A stretch of DNA of 64,000 bases from Eledone cirrhosa (GCA_964016885.1 OZ024762.1:30566001-30630000); one strand, 5' to 3'; positions 11,637 through 26,590 are shown, numbered from the stretch's first letter. Numbers and translations: made by a program. The notes: generated from the sequence alone by a model not told the origin.

Positions 11637-14600
11637 ATGGTATTAGCTGTCAGAAGTAACTCCACTGTTGGTGAGAATTCATTTAAGTTCATGGTATTAG
11701 CTGTCAGAAGGAACTCCACTGTTGGTGAGAATTCATTTAAGTTCATGGTATTAGCTGTCAGAAGTAACTCCAATGTTGGTGAGAATTCATTTAAGTTCAT
11801 GGTATTAGCTGTCAGAAGTAACTCCACTGTTGGTGAGAATTCATTTAAGTTCATGGTATTAGCTGTCAGAAGTAACTCCACTGTTGGTGAGAATTCATTT
11901 AAGTTCATGGTACTAGCTGTCAGAAGTAACTCCACTGTTGGTGAGAATTCATTTAAGTTCATGGTACTAGCTGTCAGAAGTAACCCTAATGTTGGTGAGA
12001 ATTCATTTAAGTTCATGGTATTAGCTGTCAGAAGTCACTCCACTGTTGGTGAGAATTCATTTAAGTTCATGGTATTAGCTGTCAGAATAACTCCACTGTT
12101 GGTGAGAATTCATTTAAGTTCATGGTATTAGCTGTCAGAAGTAACTCCACTGTTGGTGAGAATTCATTTAAGTTCATGGTATTAGCTGTCAGAAGTAACT
12201 CCACTGTTGGTGAGAATTCATTTAAGTTCATGGTACTAGCTGTCAGAGGTAACTCCACTGTTGGTGAGAATTCATTTAAGTTCATGGTATTAGCTGTCAG
12301 AAGTAACTCCACTGTTGGTGAGAATTCATTTAAGTCATGGTATTAGCTGTCAGAAGTAACTCCATTGTTGGTGAGAATTCATTTAAGTCATGGTACTAGC
12401 TGTCAGAAGTAACTCCACTGTTGGTGAGAATTCATTTAAGTTCATGGTACTAGCTGTCAGAAGTAACTCCACTGTTGGTGAGAATTCATTTAAGTTTATG
12501 GTACTAGCTGTCAGAAGTAACTCCACTGTTGGTGAGAATTCATTTAAGTTCATGGTACTAGCTGTCAGAAGTAACTCCACTGTTGGTGAGAATTCATTTA
12601 AGTTCATGGTACTAGCTGTCAGAAGTAACCCCAATGTTGGTGAGAATTCATTTAAGTCATGGTACTAGCTGTCAGAAGTAACTCCACTGTTGGTGAGAAT
12701 TCATTTAAGTTCATGGTATTAGCTGTCAGAAGGAACTCCACTGTTGGTGAGAATTCATTTAAGTTCATGGTATTAGCTGACAGAAGTAACTCCACTGTTG
12801 GTGAGAATTCATTTAAGTTCATGGTACTAGCTGTCAGAAGTAACTCCACTGTTGGTGAGAATTCATTTAAGTTCATGGTATTAGCTGTCAGAAGTAACTC
12901 CACTGTTGGTGAGAATTCATTTAAGTTCATGGTACTAGCTGTCAGAAGAAACTCCAATGTTGGTGAGAATTCATTTAAGTTCATGGTATTAGCTGTCAGA
13001 AGTAACTCCACTGTTGGTGAGAATTCATTTAAGTTCATGGTATTAGCTGTCAGAAGTAACTCCACTGTTGGTGAGAATTCATTTAAGTTCATGGTACTAG
13101 CTGTCAGAAGTAACTCCACTGTTGGTGAGAATTCATTTAAGTTCATGGTACTAGCTGTCAGAAGTAACCCCAATGTTGGTGAGAATTCATTTAAGTTCAT
13201 GGTATTAGCTGTCAGAAGTCACTCCACTGTTGGTGAGAAATCATTTAAGTTCATGGTATTAGCTGTCAGAAGTAACTCCACTGTTGGTGAGAATTCATTT
13301 AAGTTCATGGTATTAGCTGTCAGAAGTAACTCCACTGTTGGTGAGAATTCATTTAAGTTCATGGTATTAGCTGTCAGAAGTAACTCCACTGTTGGTGAGA
13401 ATTCATTTAAGTTCATGGTACTAGCTGTCAGAAGTAACCCCAATGTTGGTGAGAATTCATTTAAGTTCATGGTATTAGCTGTCAGAAGTAACTCCACTGT
13501 TGGTGAGAATTCATTTAAGTTCATGGTATTAGCTGTCAGAAGTAACTCCACTGTTGGTGAGAATTCATTTAAGTTCATGGTATTAGCTGTCAGAAGTAAC
13601 TCCACTGTTGGTGAGAATTCATTTAAGTCATAGTATTAGCTGTCAGAAGTAACTCCATTGTTGGTGAGAATTCATTTAAGTCATGGTACTAGCTGTCAGA
13701 AGTAACTCCACTGTTGGTGAGAATTCATTTAAGTTCATGGTACTAGCTGTCAGAAGTAACTCCACTGTTGGTGAGAATTCATTTAAGTTCATGGTACTAG
13801 CTGTCAGAAGTAACTCCACTGTTGGTGAGAATTCATTTAAGTCATGGTATTAGCTGTCAGAAGTAACTCCATTGTTGGTGAGAATTCATTTAAGTCATGG
13901 TACTAGCTGTCAGAAGTAACTCCACTGTTGGTGAGAATTCATTTAAGTTCATGGTATTAGCTGTCAGAAGGAACTCCACTGTTGGTGAGAATTCATTTAA
14001 GTTCATGGTATTAGCTGTCAGAAGTAACTCCAATGTTGGTGAGAATTCATTTAAGTTCATGGTATTAGCTGTCAGAAGTAACTCCACTGTTGGTGAGAAT
14101 TCATTTAAGTTCATGGTATTAGCTGTCAGAAGTAACTCCACTGTTGGTGAGAATTCATTTAAGTTCATGGTACTAGCTGTCAGAAGTAACTCCACTGTTG
14201 GTGAGAATTCATTTAAGTTCATGGTACTAGCTGTCAGAAGTAACCCTAATGTTGGTGAGAATTCATTTAAGTTCATGGTATTAGCTGTCAGAAGTCACTC
14301 CACTGTTGGTGAGAATTCATTTAAGTTCATGGTATTAGCTGTCAGAATAACTCCACTGTTGGTGAGAATTCATTTAAGTTCATGGTATTAGCTGTCAGAA
14401 GTAACTCCACTGTTGGTGAGAATTCATTTAAGTTCATGGTATTAGCTGTCAGAAGTAACTCCACTGTTGGTGAGAATTCATTTAAGTTCATGGTACTAGC
14501 TGTCAGAGGTAACTCCACTGTTGGTGAGAATTCATTTAAGTTCATGGTATTAGCTGTCAGAAGTAACTCCACTGTTGGTGAGAATTCATTTAAGTCATGG

Positions 14601-16156
14601 TATTAGCTGTCAGAAGTAACTCCATTGTTGGTGAGAATTCATTTAAGTCATGGTACTAGCTGTCAGAAGTAACTCCACTGTTGGTGAGAATTCATTTAAG
14701 TTCATGGTACTAGCTGTCAGAAGTAACTCCACTGTTGGTGAGAATTCATTTAAGTTTATGGTACTAGCTGTCAGAAGTAACTCCACTGTTGGTGAGAATT
14801 CATTTAAGTTCATGGTACTAGCTGTCAGAAGTAACTCCACTGTTGGTGAGAATTCATTTAAGTTCATGGTACTAGCTGTCAGAAGTAACCCCAATGTTGG
14901 TGAGAATTCATTTAAGTCATGGTACTAGCTGTCAGAAGTAACTCCACTGTTGGTGAGAATTCATTTAAGTTCATGGTATTAGCTGTCAGAAGGAACTCCA
15001 CTGTTGGTGAGAATTCATTTAAGTTCATGGTATTAGCTGACAGAAGTAACTCCACTGTTGGTGAGAATTCATTTAAGTTCATGGTACTAGCTGTCAGAAG
15101 TAACTCCACTGTTGGTGAGAATTCATTTAAGTTCATGGTATTAGCTGTCAGAAGTAACTCCACTGTTGGTGAGAATTCATTTAAGTTCATGGTACTAGCT
15201 GTCAGAAGAAACTCCAATGTTGGTGAGAATTCATTTAAGTTCATGGTATTAGCTGTCAGAAGTAACTCCACTGTTGGTGAGAATTCATTTAAGTTCATGG
15301 TATTAGCTGTCAGAAGTAACTCCACTGTTGGTGAGAATTCATTTAAGTTCATGGTACTAGCTGTCAGAAGTAACTCCACTGTTGGTGAGAATTCATTTAA
15401 GTTCATGGTACTAGCTGTCAGAAGTAACCCCAATGTTGGTGAGAATTCATTTAAGTTCATGGTATTAGCTGTCAGAAGTCACTCCACTGTTGGTGAGAAA
15501 TCATTTAAGTTCATGGTATTAGCTGTCAGAAGTAACTCCACTGTTGGTGAGAATTCATTTAAGTTCATGGTATTAGCTGTCAGAAGTAACTCCACTGTTG
15601 GTGAGAATTCATTTAAGTTCATGGTATTAGCTGTCAGAAGTAACTCCACTGTTGGTGAGAATTCATTTAAGTTCATGGTACTAGCTGTCAGAAGTAACCC
15701 CAATGTTGGTGAGAATTCATTTAAGTTCATGGTATTAGCTGTCAGAAGTAACTCCACTGTTGGTGAGAATTCATTTAAGTTCATGGTATTAGCTGTCAGA
15801 AGTAACTCCACTGTTGGTGAGAATTCATTTAAGTTCATGGTATTAGCTGTCAGAAGTAACTCCACTGTTGGTGAGAATTCATTTAAGTCATAGTATTAGC
15901 TGTCAGAAGTAACTCCATTGTTGGTGAGAATTCATTTAAGTCATGGTACTAGCTGTCAGAAGTAACTCCACTGTTGGTGAGAATTCATTTAAGTTCATGG
16001 TACTAGCTGTCAGAAGTAACTCCACTGTTGGTGAGAATTCATTTAAGTTCATGGTGCTAGCTGTCAGAAGTAACTCCACTGTTGGTGAGAATTCATTTAA
16101 GTCATGGTATTAGCTGTCAGAAGTAACTCCATTGTTGGTGAGAATTCATTTAAGTC
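11637..16156. repeat. Near-perfect tandem duplication of a 2,260-bp (42-monomer) block
   Basis: ORF pairs 11637/13897, 12122/14382, 12390/14650 and 12659/14919 have identical translations at a constant offset of 2260. The rare variants AAGTTTATG, GCTGAC, AGAAGAAAC, GAGAAATC and AGTCATAG are shared in the same order. Confidence 0.92.
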
Positions 16157-19100
16157 ATGGTACTAGCTGTCAGAAGTAACTCCACTGTTGGTGAGAATTC
16201 ATTTAAGTTCATGGTATTAGCTGTCAGAAGGAACTCCACTGTTGGTGAGAATTCATTTAAGTTCATGGTATTAGCTGTCAGAAATAATTCCACTGTTGGT
16301 GAGAATTCATTTAAGTTCATGGTACTAGCTGTCAGACGTAACTCCACTGTTGGTGAGAATTCATTTAAGTTCATGGTACTAGCTGTCAGAAGGAACTCCA
16401 CTGTTGGTGAGAATTCATTTAAGTTCATGGTATTAGCTGTCAGAAGTAACTCCAATGTTGGTGAGAATTCATTTAAGTCATGGTACTAGCTGTCAGAAGT
16501 AACTCCACTGTTGGTGAGAATTCATTTAAGTTCATGGTATTAGCTGTCAGAAGGAACTCCACTGCTGGTGAGAATTCATTTAAGTTCATGGTATTAGCTG
16601 TCAGAAGTAACTCCAATGTTGGTGAGAATTCATTTAAGTTCATGGTATTAGCTGTCAGAAGTAACTCCACTGTTGGTGAGAATTCATTTAAGTTCATGGT
16701 ATTAGCTGTCAGAAGTAACTCCACTGTTGGTGAGAATTCATTTAAGTTCATGGTATTAGCTGTCAGAAGTAACTCCACTGTTGGTGAGAATTCATTTAAG
16801 TTCATGGTACTAGCTGTCAGAGGTAACTCCACTGTTGGTGAGAATTCATTTAAGTTCATGGTATTAGCTGTCAGAAGTAACTCCACTGTTGGTGAGAATT
16901 CATTTAAGTCATGGTATTAGCTGTCAGAAGTAACTCCATTGTTGGTGAGAATTCATTTAAGTCATGGTACTAGCTGTCAGAAGTAACTCCACTGTTGGTG
17001 AGAATTCATTTAAGTTCATGGTACTAGCTGTCAGAAGTAACTCCACTGTTGGTGAGAATTCATTTAAGTTCATGGTATTAGCTGTCAGAAGGAACTCCAC
17101 TGTTGGTGAGAATTCATTTAAGTTCATGGTATTAGCTGTCAGAAATAACTCCACTGTTGGTGAGAATTCATTTAAGTTCATGGTACTAGCTGTCAGACGT
17201 AACTCCACTGTTGGTGAGAATTCATTTAAGTTCATGGTACTAGCTGTCAGAAGGAACTCCACTGTTGGTGAGAATTCATTTAAGTTCATGGTATTAGCTG
17301 TCAGAAGTAACTCCAATGTTGGTTAGAATTCATTTAAGTTCATGGTACTAGCTGTCAGAAGTAACTCCACTGTTGGTGAGAATTCATTTAAGTTCATGGT
17401 ACTAGCTGTCAGAAGTAACTCCACTGTTGGTGAGAATTCATTTAAGTTCATGGTATTAGCTGTCAGAAGTAACTCCACTGTTGGTGAGAATTCATTTAAG
17501 TTCATGGTATTAGCTGTCAGAAGTAACTCCACTGTTGGTGAGAATTCATTTAAGTTCATGGTATTAGCTGTCAGAAGTAACTCCACTGTTGGTGAGAATT
17601 CATTTAAGTTCATGGTACTAGCTGTCAGAAGTAACTCCACTGTTGGTGAGAATTCATTTAAGTTCATGGTATTAGCTGTCAGAAGTAACTCCACTGTTGG
17701 TGAGAATTCATTTAAATCATGGTATTAGCTGTCAGAAGTAACTCCATTGTTGGTGAGAATTCATTTAAGTCATGGTACTAGCTGTCAGAAGTAACTCCAC
17801 TGTTGGTGAGAATTCATTTAAGTTCATGGTATTAGCTGTCAGAAGTCACTCCACTGTTGGTGAGAATTCATTTAAGTTCATGGTATTAGCTGTCAGAAGT
17901 AACTCCACTGTTGGTGAGAATTCATTTAAGTTCATGGTACTAGCTGTCAGAAGTAACTCCACTGTTGGTGAGAATTCATTTAAGTTCATGGTACTAGCTG
18001 TCAGAAGGAACTCCACTGTTGGTGAGAATTCATTTAATTTCATGGTATTAGCTGTCAGAAGTAACTCCAATGTTGGTGAGAATTCATTTAAGTCATGGTA
18101 CTAGCTGTCAGAAGTAACTCCACTGTTGGTGAGAATTCATTTAAGTTCATGGTATTAGCTGTCAGAAGGAACTCCACTGTTGGTGAGAATTCATTTAAGT
18201 TCATGGTATTAGCTGTCAGAAGTAACTCCAATGTTGGTGAGAATTCATTTAAGTTCATGGTATTAGCTGTCAGAAGTAACTCCACTGTTGGTGAGAATTC
18301 ATTTAAGTTCATGGTATTAGCTGTCAGAAGTAACTCCACTGTTGGTGAGAATTCATTTAAGTTCATGGTACTAGCTGTCAGAAGTAACTCCACTGTTGGT
18401 GAGAATTCATTTAAGTTCATGGTACTAGCTGTCAGAAGTAACCCTAATGTTGGTGAGAATTCATTTAAGTTCATGGTATTAGCTGTCAGAAGTCACTCCA
18501 CTGTTGGTGAGAATTCATTTAAGTTCATGGTATTAGCTGTCAGAATAACTCCACTGTTGGTGAGAATTCATTTAAGTTCATGGTATTAGCTGTCAGAAGT
18601 AACTCCACTGTTGGTGAGAATTCATTTAAGTTCATGGTATTAGCTGTCAGAAGTAACTCCACTGTTGGTGAGAATTCATTTAAGTTCATGGTACTAGCTG
18701 TCAGAGGTAACTCCACTGTTGGTGAGAATTCATTTAAGTTCATGGTATTAGCTGTCAGAAGTAACTCCACTGTTGGTGAGAATTCATTTATGTCATGGTA
18801 TTAGCTGTCAGAAGTAACTCCACTGTTGGTGAGAATTCATTTAAGTTCATGGTATTAGCTGTCAGAAGGAACTCCACTGTTGGTGAGAATTCATTTAAGT
18901 TCATGGTATTAGCTGTCAGAAGTAACTCCAATGTTGGTGAGAATTCATTTAAGTTCATGGTATTAGCTGTCAGAAGTAACTCCACTGTTGGTGAGAATTC
19001 ATTTAAGTTCATGGTATTAGCTGTCAGAAGTAACTCCACTGTTGGTGAGAATTCATTTAAGTTCATGGTACTAGCTGTCAGAAGTAACTCCACTGTTGGT

Positions 19101-22023
19101 GAGAATTCATTTAAGTTCATGGTACTAGCTGTCAGAAGTAACCCTAATGTTGGTGAGAATTCATTTAAGTTCATGGTATTAGCTGTCAGAAGTAACTCCA
19201 CTGTTGGTGAGAATTCATTTAAGTTCATGGTATTAGCTGTCAGAATAACTCCACTGTTGGTGAGAATTCATTTAAGTTCATGGTATTAGCTGTCAGAAGT
19301 AACTCCACTGTTGGTGAGAATTCATTTAAGTTCATGGTATTAGCTGTCAGAAGTAACTCCACTGTTGGTGAGAATTCATTTAAGTTCATGGTACTAGCTG
19401 TCAGAGGTAACTCCACTGTTGGTGAGAATTCATTTAAGTTCATGGTATTAGCTGTCAGAAGTAACTCCACTGTTGGTGAGAATTCATTTAAGTCATGGTA
19501 TTAGCTGTCAGAAGTAACTCCATTGTTGGTGAGAATTCATTTAAGTCATGGTACTAGCTGTCAGAAGTAACTCCACTGTTGGTGAGAATTCATTTAAGTT
19601 CATGGTACTAGCTGTCAGAAGTAACTCCACTGTTGGTGAGAATTCATTTAAGTTTATGGTACTAGCTGTCAGAAGTAACTCCACTGTTGGTGAGAATTCA
19701 TTTAAGTTCATGGTACTAGCTGTCAGAAGTAACTCCACTGTTGGTGAGAATTCATTTAAGTTCATGGTACTAGCTGTCAGAAGTAACCCCAATGTTGGTG
19801 AGAATTCATTTAAGTCATGGTACTAGCTGTCAGAAGTAACTCCACTGTTGGTGAGAATTCATTTAAGTTCATGGTATTAGCTGTCAGAAGGAACTCCACT
19901 GTTGGTGAGAATTCATTTAAGTTCATGGTATTAGCTGACAGAAGTAACTCCACTGTTGGTGAGAATTCATTTAAGTTCATGGTACTAGCTGTCAGAAGTA
20001 ACTCCACTGTTGGTGAGAATTCATTTAAGTTCATGGTATTAGCTGTCAGAAGTAACTCCACTGTTGGTGAGAATTCATTTAAGTTCATGGTACTAGCTGT
20101 CAGAAGAAACTCCAATGTTGGTGAGAATTCATTTAAGTTCATGGTATTAGCTGTCAGAAGTAACTCCACTGTTGGTGAGAATTCATTTAAGTTCATGGTA
20201 TTAGCTGTCAGAAGTAACTCCACTGTTGGTGAGAATTCATTTAAGTTCATGGTACTAGCTGTCAGAAGTAACTCCACTGTTGGTGAGAATTCATTTAAGT
20301 TCATGGTACTAGCTGTCAGAAGTAACCCCAATGTTGGTGAGAATTCATTTAAGTTCATGGTATTAGCTGTCAGAAGTCACTCCACTGTTGGTGAGAAATC
20401 ATTTAAGTTCATGGTATTAGCTGTCAGAAGTAACTCCACTGTTGGTGAGAATTCATTTAAGTTCATGGTATTAGCTGTCAGAAGTAACTCCACTGTTGGT
20501 GAGAATTCATTTAAGTTCATGGTACTAGCTGTCAGAAGTAACTCCACTGTTGGTGAGAATTCATTTAAGTTCATGGTACTAGCTGTCAGAAGTAACCCCA
20601 ATGTTGGTGAGAATTCATTTAAGTTCATGGTATTAGCTGTCAGAAGTCACTCCACTGTTGGTGAGAAATCATTTAAGTTCATGGTATTAGCTGTCAGAAG
20701 TAACTCCACTGTTGGTGAGAATTCATTTAAGTTCATGGTATTAGCTGTCAGAAGTAACTCCACTGTTGGTGAGAATTCATTTAAGTCATAGTATTAGCTG
20801 TCAGAAGTAACTCCATTGTTGGTGAGAATTCATTTAAGTCATGGTACTAGCTGTCAGAAGTAACTCCACTGTTGGTGAGAATTCATTTAAGTTCATGGTA
20901 CTAGCTGTCAGAAGTAACTCCACTGTTGGTGAGAATTCATTTAAGTTCATGGTACTAGCTGTCAGAAGTAACTCCACTGTTGGTGAGAATTCATTTAAGT
21001 CATGGTATTAGCTGTCAGAAGTAACTCCATTGTTGGTGAGAATTCATTTAAGTCATGGTACTAGCTGTCAGAAGGAACTCCACTGTTGGTGAGAATTCAT
21101 TTAAGTTCATGGTATTAGCTGTCAGAAGTAACTCCACTGTTGGTGAGAAATCATTTAAGTTCATGGTATTAGCTGTCAGAAGTAACTCCACTGTTGGTGA
21201 GAATTCATTTAAGTTCATGGTATTAGCTGTCAGAAATAATTCCACTGTTGGTGAGAATTCATTTAAGTTCATGGTACTAGCTGTCAGACGTAACTCCACT
21301 GTTGGTGAGAATTCATTTAAGTTCATGGTACTAGCTGTCAGAAGGAACTCCACTGTTGGTGAGAATTCATTTAAGTTCATGGTATTAGCTGTCAGAAGTA
21401 ACTCCAATGTTGGTGAGAATTCATTTAAGTCATGGTACTAGCTGTCAGAAGTAACTCCACTGTTGGTGAGAATTCATTTAAGTTCATGGTATTAGCTGTC
21501 AGAAGGAACTCCACTGCTGGTGAGAATTCATTTAAGTTCATGGTATTAGCTGTCAGAAGTAACTCCAATGTTGGTGAGAATTCATTTAAGTTCATGGTAT
21601 TAGCTGTCAGAAGTAACTCCACTGTTGGTGAGAATTCATTTAAGTTCATGGTATTAGCTGTCAGAAGTAACTCCACTGTTGGTGAGAATTCATTTAAGTT
21701 CATGGTATTAGCTGTCAGAAGTAACTCCACTGTTGGTGAGAATTCATTTAAGTTCATGGTACTAGCTGTCAGAGGTAACTCCACTGTTGGTGAGAATTCA
21801 TTTAAGTTCATGGTATTAGCTGTCAGAAGTAACTCCACTGTTGGTGAGAATTCATTTAAGTCATGGTATTAGCTGTCAGAAGTAACTCCATTGTTGGTGA
21901 GAATTCATTTAAGTCATGGTACTAGCTGTCAGAAGTAACTCCACTGTTGGTGAGAATTCATTTAAGTTCATGGTACTAGCTGTCAGAAGTAACTCCACTG
22001 TTGGTGAGAATTCATTTAAGTTC

Positions 22024-25000
22024 ATGGTATTAGCTGTCAGAAGGAACTCCACTGTTGGTGAGAAATCATTTAAGTTCATGGTATTAGCTGTCAGAAGTAA
22101 CTCCACTGTTGGTGAGAATTCATTTAAGTTCATGGTATTAGCTGTCAGAAATAATTCCACTGTTGGTGAGAATTCATTTAAGTTCATGGTACTAGCTGTC
22201 AGACGTAACTCCACTGTTGGTGAGAATTCATTTAAGTTCATGGTACTAGCTGTCAGAAGGAACTCCACTGTTGGTGAGAATTCATTTAAATTCATGGTAT
22301 TAGCTGTCAGAAGTAACTCCAATGTTGGTGAGAATTCATTTAAGTCATGGTACTAGCTGTCAGAAGTAACTCCACTGTTGGTGAGAATTCATTTAAGTTC
22401 ATGGTATTAGCTGTCAGAAGGAACTCCACTGCTGGTGAGAATTTATTTAAGTTCATGGTATTAGCTGTCAGAAGTAACTCCAATGTTGGTGAGAATTCAT
22501 TTAAGTTCATGGTATTAGCTGTCAGAAGTAACTCCACTGTTGGTGAGAATTCATTTAAGTTCATGGTATTAGCTGTCAGAAGTAACTCCACTGTTGGTGA
22601 GAATTCATTTAAGTTCATGGTATTAGCTGTCAGAAGTAACTCCACTGTTGGTGAGAATTCATTTAAGTTCATGGTACTAGCTGTCAGAGGTAACTCCACT
22701 GTTGGTGAGAATTCATTTAAGTTCATGGTATTAGCTGTCAGAAGTAACTCCACTGTTGGTGAGAATTCATTTAAGTCATGGTATTAGCTGTCAGAAGTAA
22801 CTCCATTGTTGGTGAGAATTCATTTAAGTCATGGTACTAGCTGTCAGAAGTAACTCCACTGTTGGTGAGAATTCATTTAAGTTCATGGTACTAGCTGTCA
22901 GAAGTAACTCCACTGTTGGTGAGAATTCATTTAAGTTCATGGTATTAGCTGTCAGAAGGAACTCCACTGTTGGTGAGAATTCATTTAAGTTCATGGTATT
23001 AGCTGTCAAAAATAACTCCACTGTTGGTGAGAATTCATTTAAGTTCATGGTACTAGCTGTCAGACGTAACTCCACTGTTGGTGAGAATTCATTTAAGTTC
23101 ATGGTACTAGCTGTCAGAAGGAACTCCACTGTTGGTGAGAATTCATTTAAGTTCATGGTATTAGCTGTCAGAAGTAACTCCAATGTTGGTTAGAATTCAT
23201 TTAAGTCATGGTACTAGCTGTCAGAAGTAACTCCACTGTTGGTGAGAATTCATTTAACTTCATGGTATTAGCTGTCAGAAGGAACTCCACTGCTGGTGAG
23301 AATTCATTTAAGTTCATGGTATTAGCTGTCAGAAGTAACTCCAATGTTGGTGAGAATTCATTTAAGTTCATGGTATTAGCTGTCAGAAGTAACTCCACTG
23401 TTGGTGAGAATTCATTTAAGTTCATGGTATTAGCTGTCAGAAGTAACTCCACTGTTGGTGAGAATTCATTTAAGTCATGGTATTAGCTGTCAGAAGTAAC
23501 TCCATTGTTGGTGAGAATTCATTTAAGTCATGGTACTAGCTGTCAGAAGTAACTCCACTGTTGGTGAGAATTCATTTAAGTTCATGGTACTAGCTGTCAG
23601 AAGTAACTCCACTGTTGGTGAGAATTCATTTGAGTTCATGGTACTAGCTGTCAGAAGTAACTCCACTGTTGGTGAGAATTCATTTAAGTTCATGGTACTA
23701 GCTGTCAGAAGTAACCCCAATGTTGGTGAGAATTCATTTAAGTCATGGTACTAGCTGTCAGAAGTAACTCCACTGTTGGTGAGAATTCATTTAAGTTCAT
23801 GGTATTAGCTGTCAGAAGGAACTCCACTGTTGGTGAGAATTCATTTAAGTTCATGGTATTAGCTGACAGAAGTAACTCCACTGTTGGTGAGAATTCATTT
23901 AAGTTCATGGTACTCGCTGTCAGAAGTAACTCCACTGTTGGTGAGAATTCATTTAAGTTCATGGTACTAGCTGTCAGAAGTAACCCCAATGTTGGTGAGA
24001 ATTCATTTAAGTTCATGGTATTAGCTGTCAGAAGTCACTCCACTGTTGGTGAGAAATCATTTAAGTTCATGGTATTAGCTGTCAGAAGTAACTCCACTGT
24101 TGGTGAGAATTCATTTAAGTTCATGGTATTAGCTGTCAGAAGTAACTCCACTGTTGGTGAGAATTCATTTAAGTCATAGTATTAGCTGTCAGAAGTAACT
24201 CCATTGTTGGTGAGAATTCATTTAAGTCATGGTACTAGCTGTCAGAAGTAACTCCACTGTTGGTGAGAATTCATTTAAGTTCATGGTACTAGCTGTCAGA
24301 AGTAACTCCACTGTTGGTGAGAATTCATTTAAGTTCATGGTACTAGCTGTCAGAAGTAACTCCACTGTTGGTGAGAATTCATTTAAGTCATGGTATTAGC
24401 TGTCAGAAGTAACTCCATTGTTGGTGAGAATTCATTTAAGTCATGGTACTAGCTGTCAGAAGTAACTCCACTGTTGGTGAGAATTCATTTAAGTTCATGG
24501 TATTAGCTGTCAGAAGGAACTCCACTGTTGGTGAGAATTCATTTAAGTTCATGGTATTAGCTGTCAGAAATAATTCCACTGTTGGTGAGAATTCATTTAA
24601 GTTCATGGTACTAGCTGTCAGACGTAACTCCACTGTTGGTGAGAATTCATTTAAGTTCATGGTACTAGCTGTCAGAAGGAACTCCACTGTTGGTGAGAAT
24701 TCATTTAAGTTCATGGTATTAGCTGTCAGAAGTAACTCCAATGTTGGTGAGAATTCATTTAAGTCATGGTACTAGCTGTCAGAAGTAACTCCACTGTTGG
24801 TGAGAATTCATTTAAGTTCATGGTATTAGCTGTCAGAAGGAACTCCACTGCTGGTGAGAATTCATTTAAGTTCATGGTATTAGCTGTCAGAAGTAACTCC
24901 AATGTTGGTGAGAATTCATTTAAGTTCATGGTATTAGCTGTCAGAAGTAACTCCACTGTTGGTGAGAATTCATTTAAGTTCATGGTATTAGCTGTCAGAA

Positions 25001-26590
25001 GTAACTCCACTGTTGGTGAGAATTCATTTAAGTTCATGGTATTAGCTGTCAGAAGTAACTCCACTGTTGGTGAGAATTCATTTAAGTTCATGGTACTAGC
25101 TGTCAGAGGTAACTCCACTGTTGGTGAGAATTCATTTAAGTTCATGGTATTAGCTGTCAGAAGTAACTCCACTGTTGGTGAGAATTCATTTAAGTCATGG
25201 TATTAGCTGTCAGAAGTAACTCCATTGTTGGTGAGAATTCATTTAAGTCATGGTACTAGCTGTCAGAAGTAACTCCACTGTTGGTGAGAATTCATTTAAG
25301 TTCATGGTACTAGCTGTCAGAAGTAACTCCACTGTTGGTGAGAATTCATTTAAGTTCATGGTATTAGCTGTCAGAAGGAACTCCACTGTTGGTGAGAATT
25401 CATTTAAGTTCATGGTATTAGCTGTCAGAAATAACTCCACTGTTGGTGAGAATTCATTTAAGTTCATGGTACTAGCTGTCAGACGTAACTCCACTGTTGG
25501 TGAGAATTCATTTAAGTTCATGGTACTAGCTGTCAGAAGGAACTCCACTGTTGGTGAGAATTCATTTAAGTTCATGGTATTAGCTGTCAGAAGTAACTCC
25601 AATGTTGGTTAGAATTCATTTAAGTCATGGTACTAGCTGTCAGAAGTAACTCCACTGTTGGTGAGAATTCATTTAAGTTCATGGTATTAGCTGTCAGAAG
25701 GAACTCCACTGCTGGTGAGAATTCATTTAAGTTCATGGTATTAGCTGTCAGAAGTAACTCCAATGTTGGTGAGAATTCATTTAAGTTCATGGTATTAGCT
25801 GTCAGAAGTAACTCCACTGTTGGTGAGAATTCATTTAAGTTCATGGTATTAGCTGTCAGAAGTAACTCCACTGTTGGTGAGAATTCATTTAAGTCATGGT
25901 ATTAGCTGTCAGAAGTAACTCCATTGTTGGTGAGAATTCATTTAAGTCATGGTACTAGCTGTCAGAAGTAACTCCACTGTTGGTGAGAATTCATTTAAGT
26001 TCATGGTACTAGCTGTCAGAAGTAACTCCACTGTTGGTGAGAATTCATTTGAGTTCATGGTACTAGCTGTCAGAAGTAACTCCACTGTTGGTGAGAATTC
26101 ATTTAAGTTCATGGTACTAGCTGTCAGAAGTAACCCCAATGTTGGTGAGAATTCATTTAAGTCATGGTACTAGCTGTCAGAAGTAACTCCACTGTTGGTG
26201 AGAATTCATTTAAGTTCATGGTATTAGCTGTCAGAAGGAACTCCACTGTTGGTGAGAATTCATTTAAGTTCATGGTATTAGCTGACAGAAGTAACTCCAC
26301 TGTTGGTGAGAATTCATTTAAGTTCATGGTACTAGCTGTCAGAAGTAACTCCACTGTTGGTGAGAATTCATTTAAGTTCATGGTACTAGCTGTCAGAAGT
26401 AACCCCAATGTTGGTGAGAATTCATTTAAGTTCATGGTATTAGCTGTCAGAAGTCACTCCACTGTTGGTGAGAAATCATTTAAGTTCATGGTATTAGCTG
26501 TCAGAAGTAACTCCACTGTTGGTGAGAATTCATTTAAGTTCATGGTATTAGCTGTCAGAAGTAACTCCACTGTTTGTGAGAATTCATTTA
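22024..26590. repeat. Tandem duplication with 2,419-bp (45-monomer) period
   Basis: ORF pairs 22347/24766, 22831/25250, 23208/25627, 23530/25949 and 23745/26164 all have offset 2419. Shared rare variants are GGTTAGAAT and TTTGAGTTC. Confidence 0.9.
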
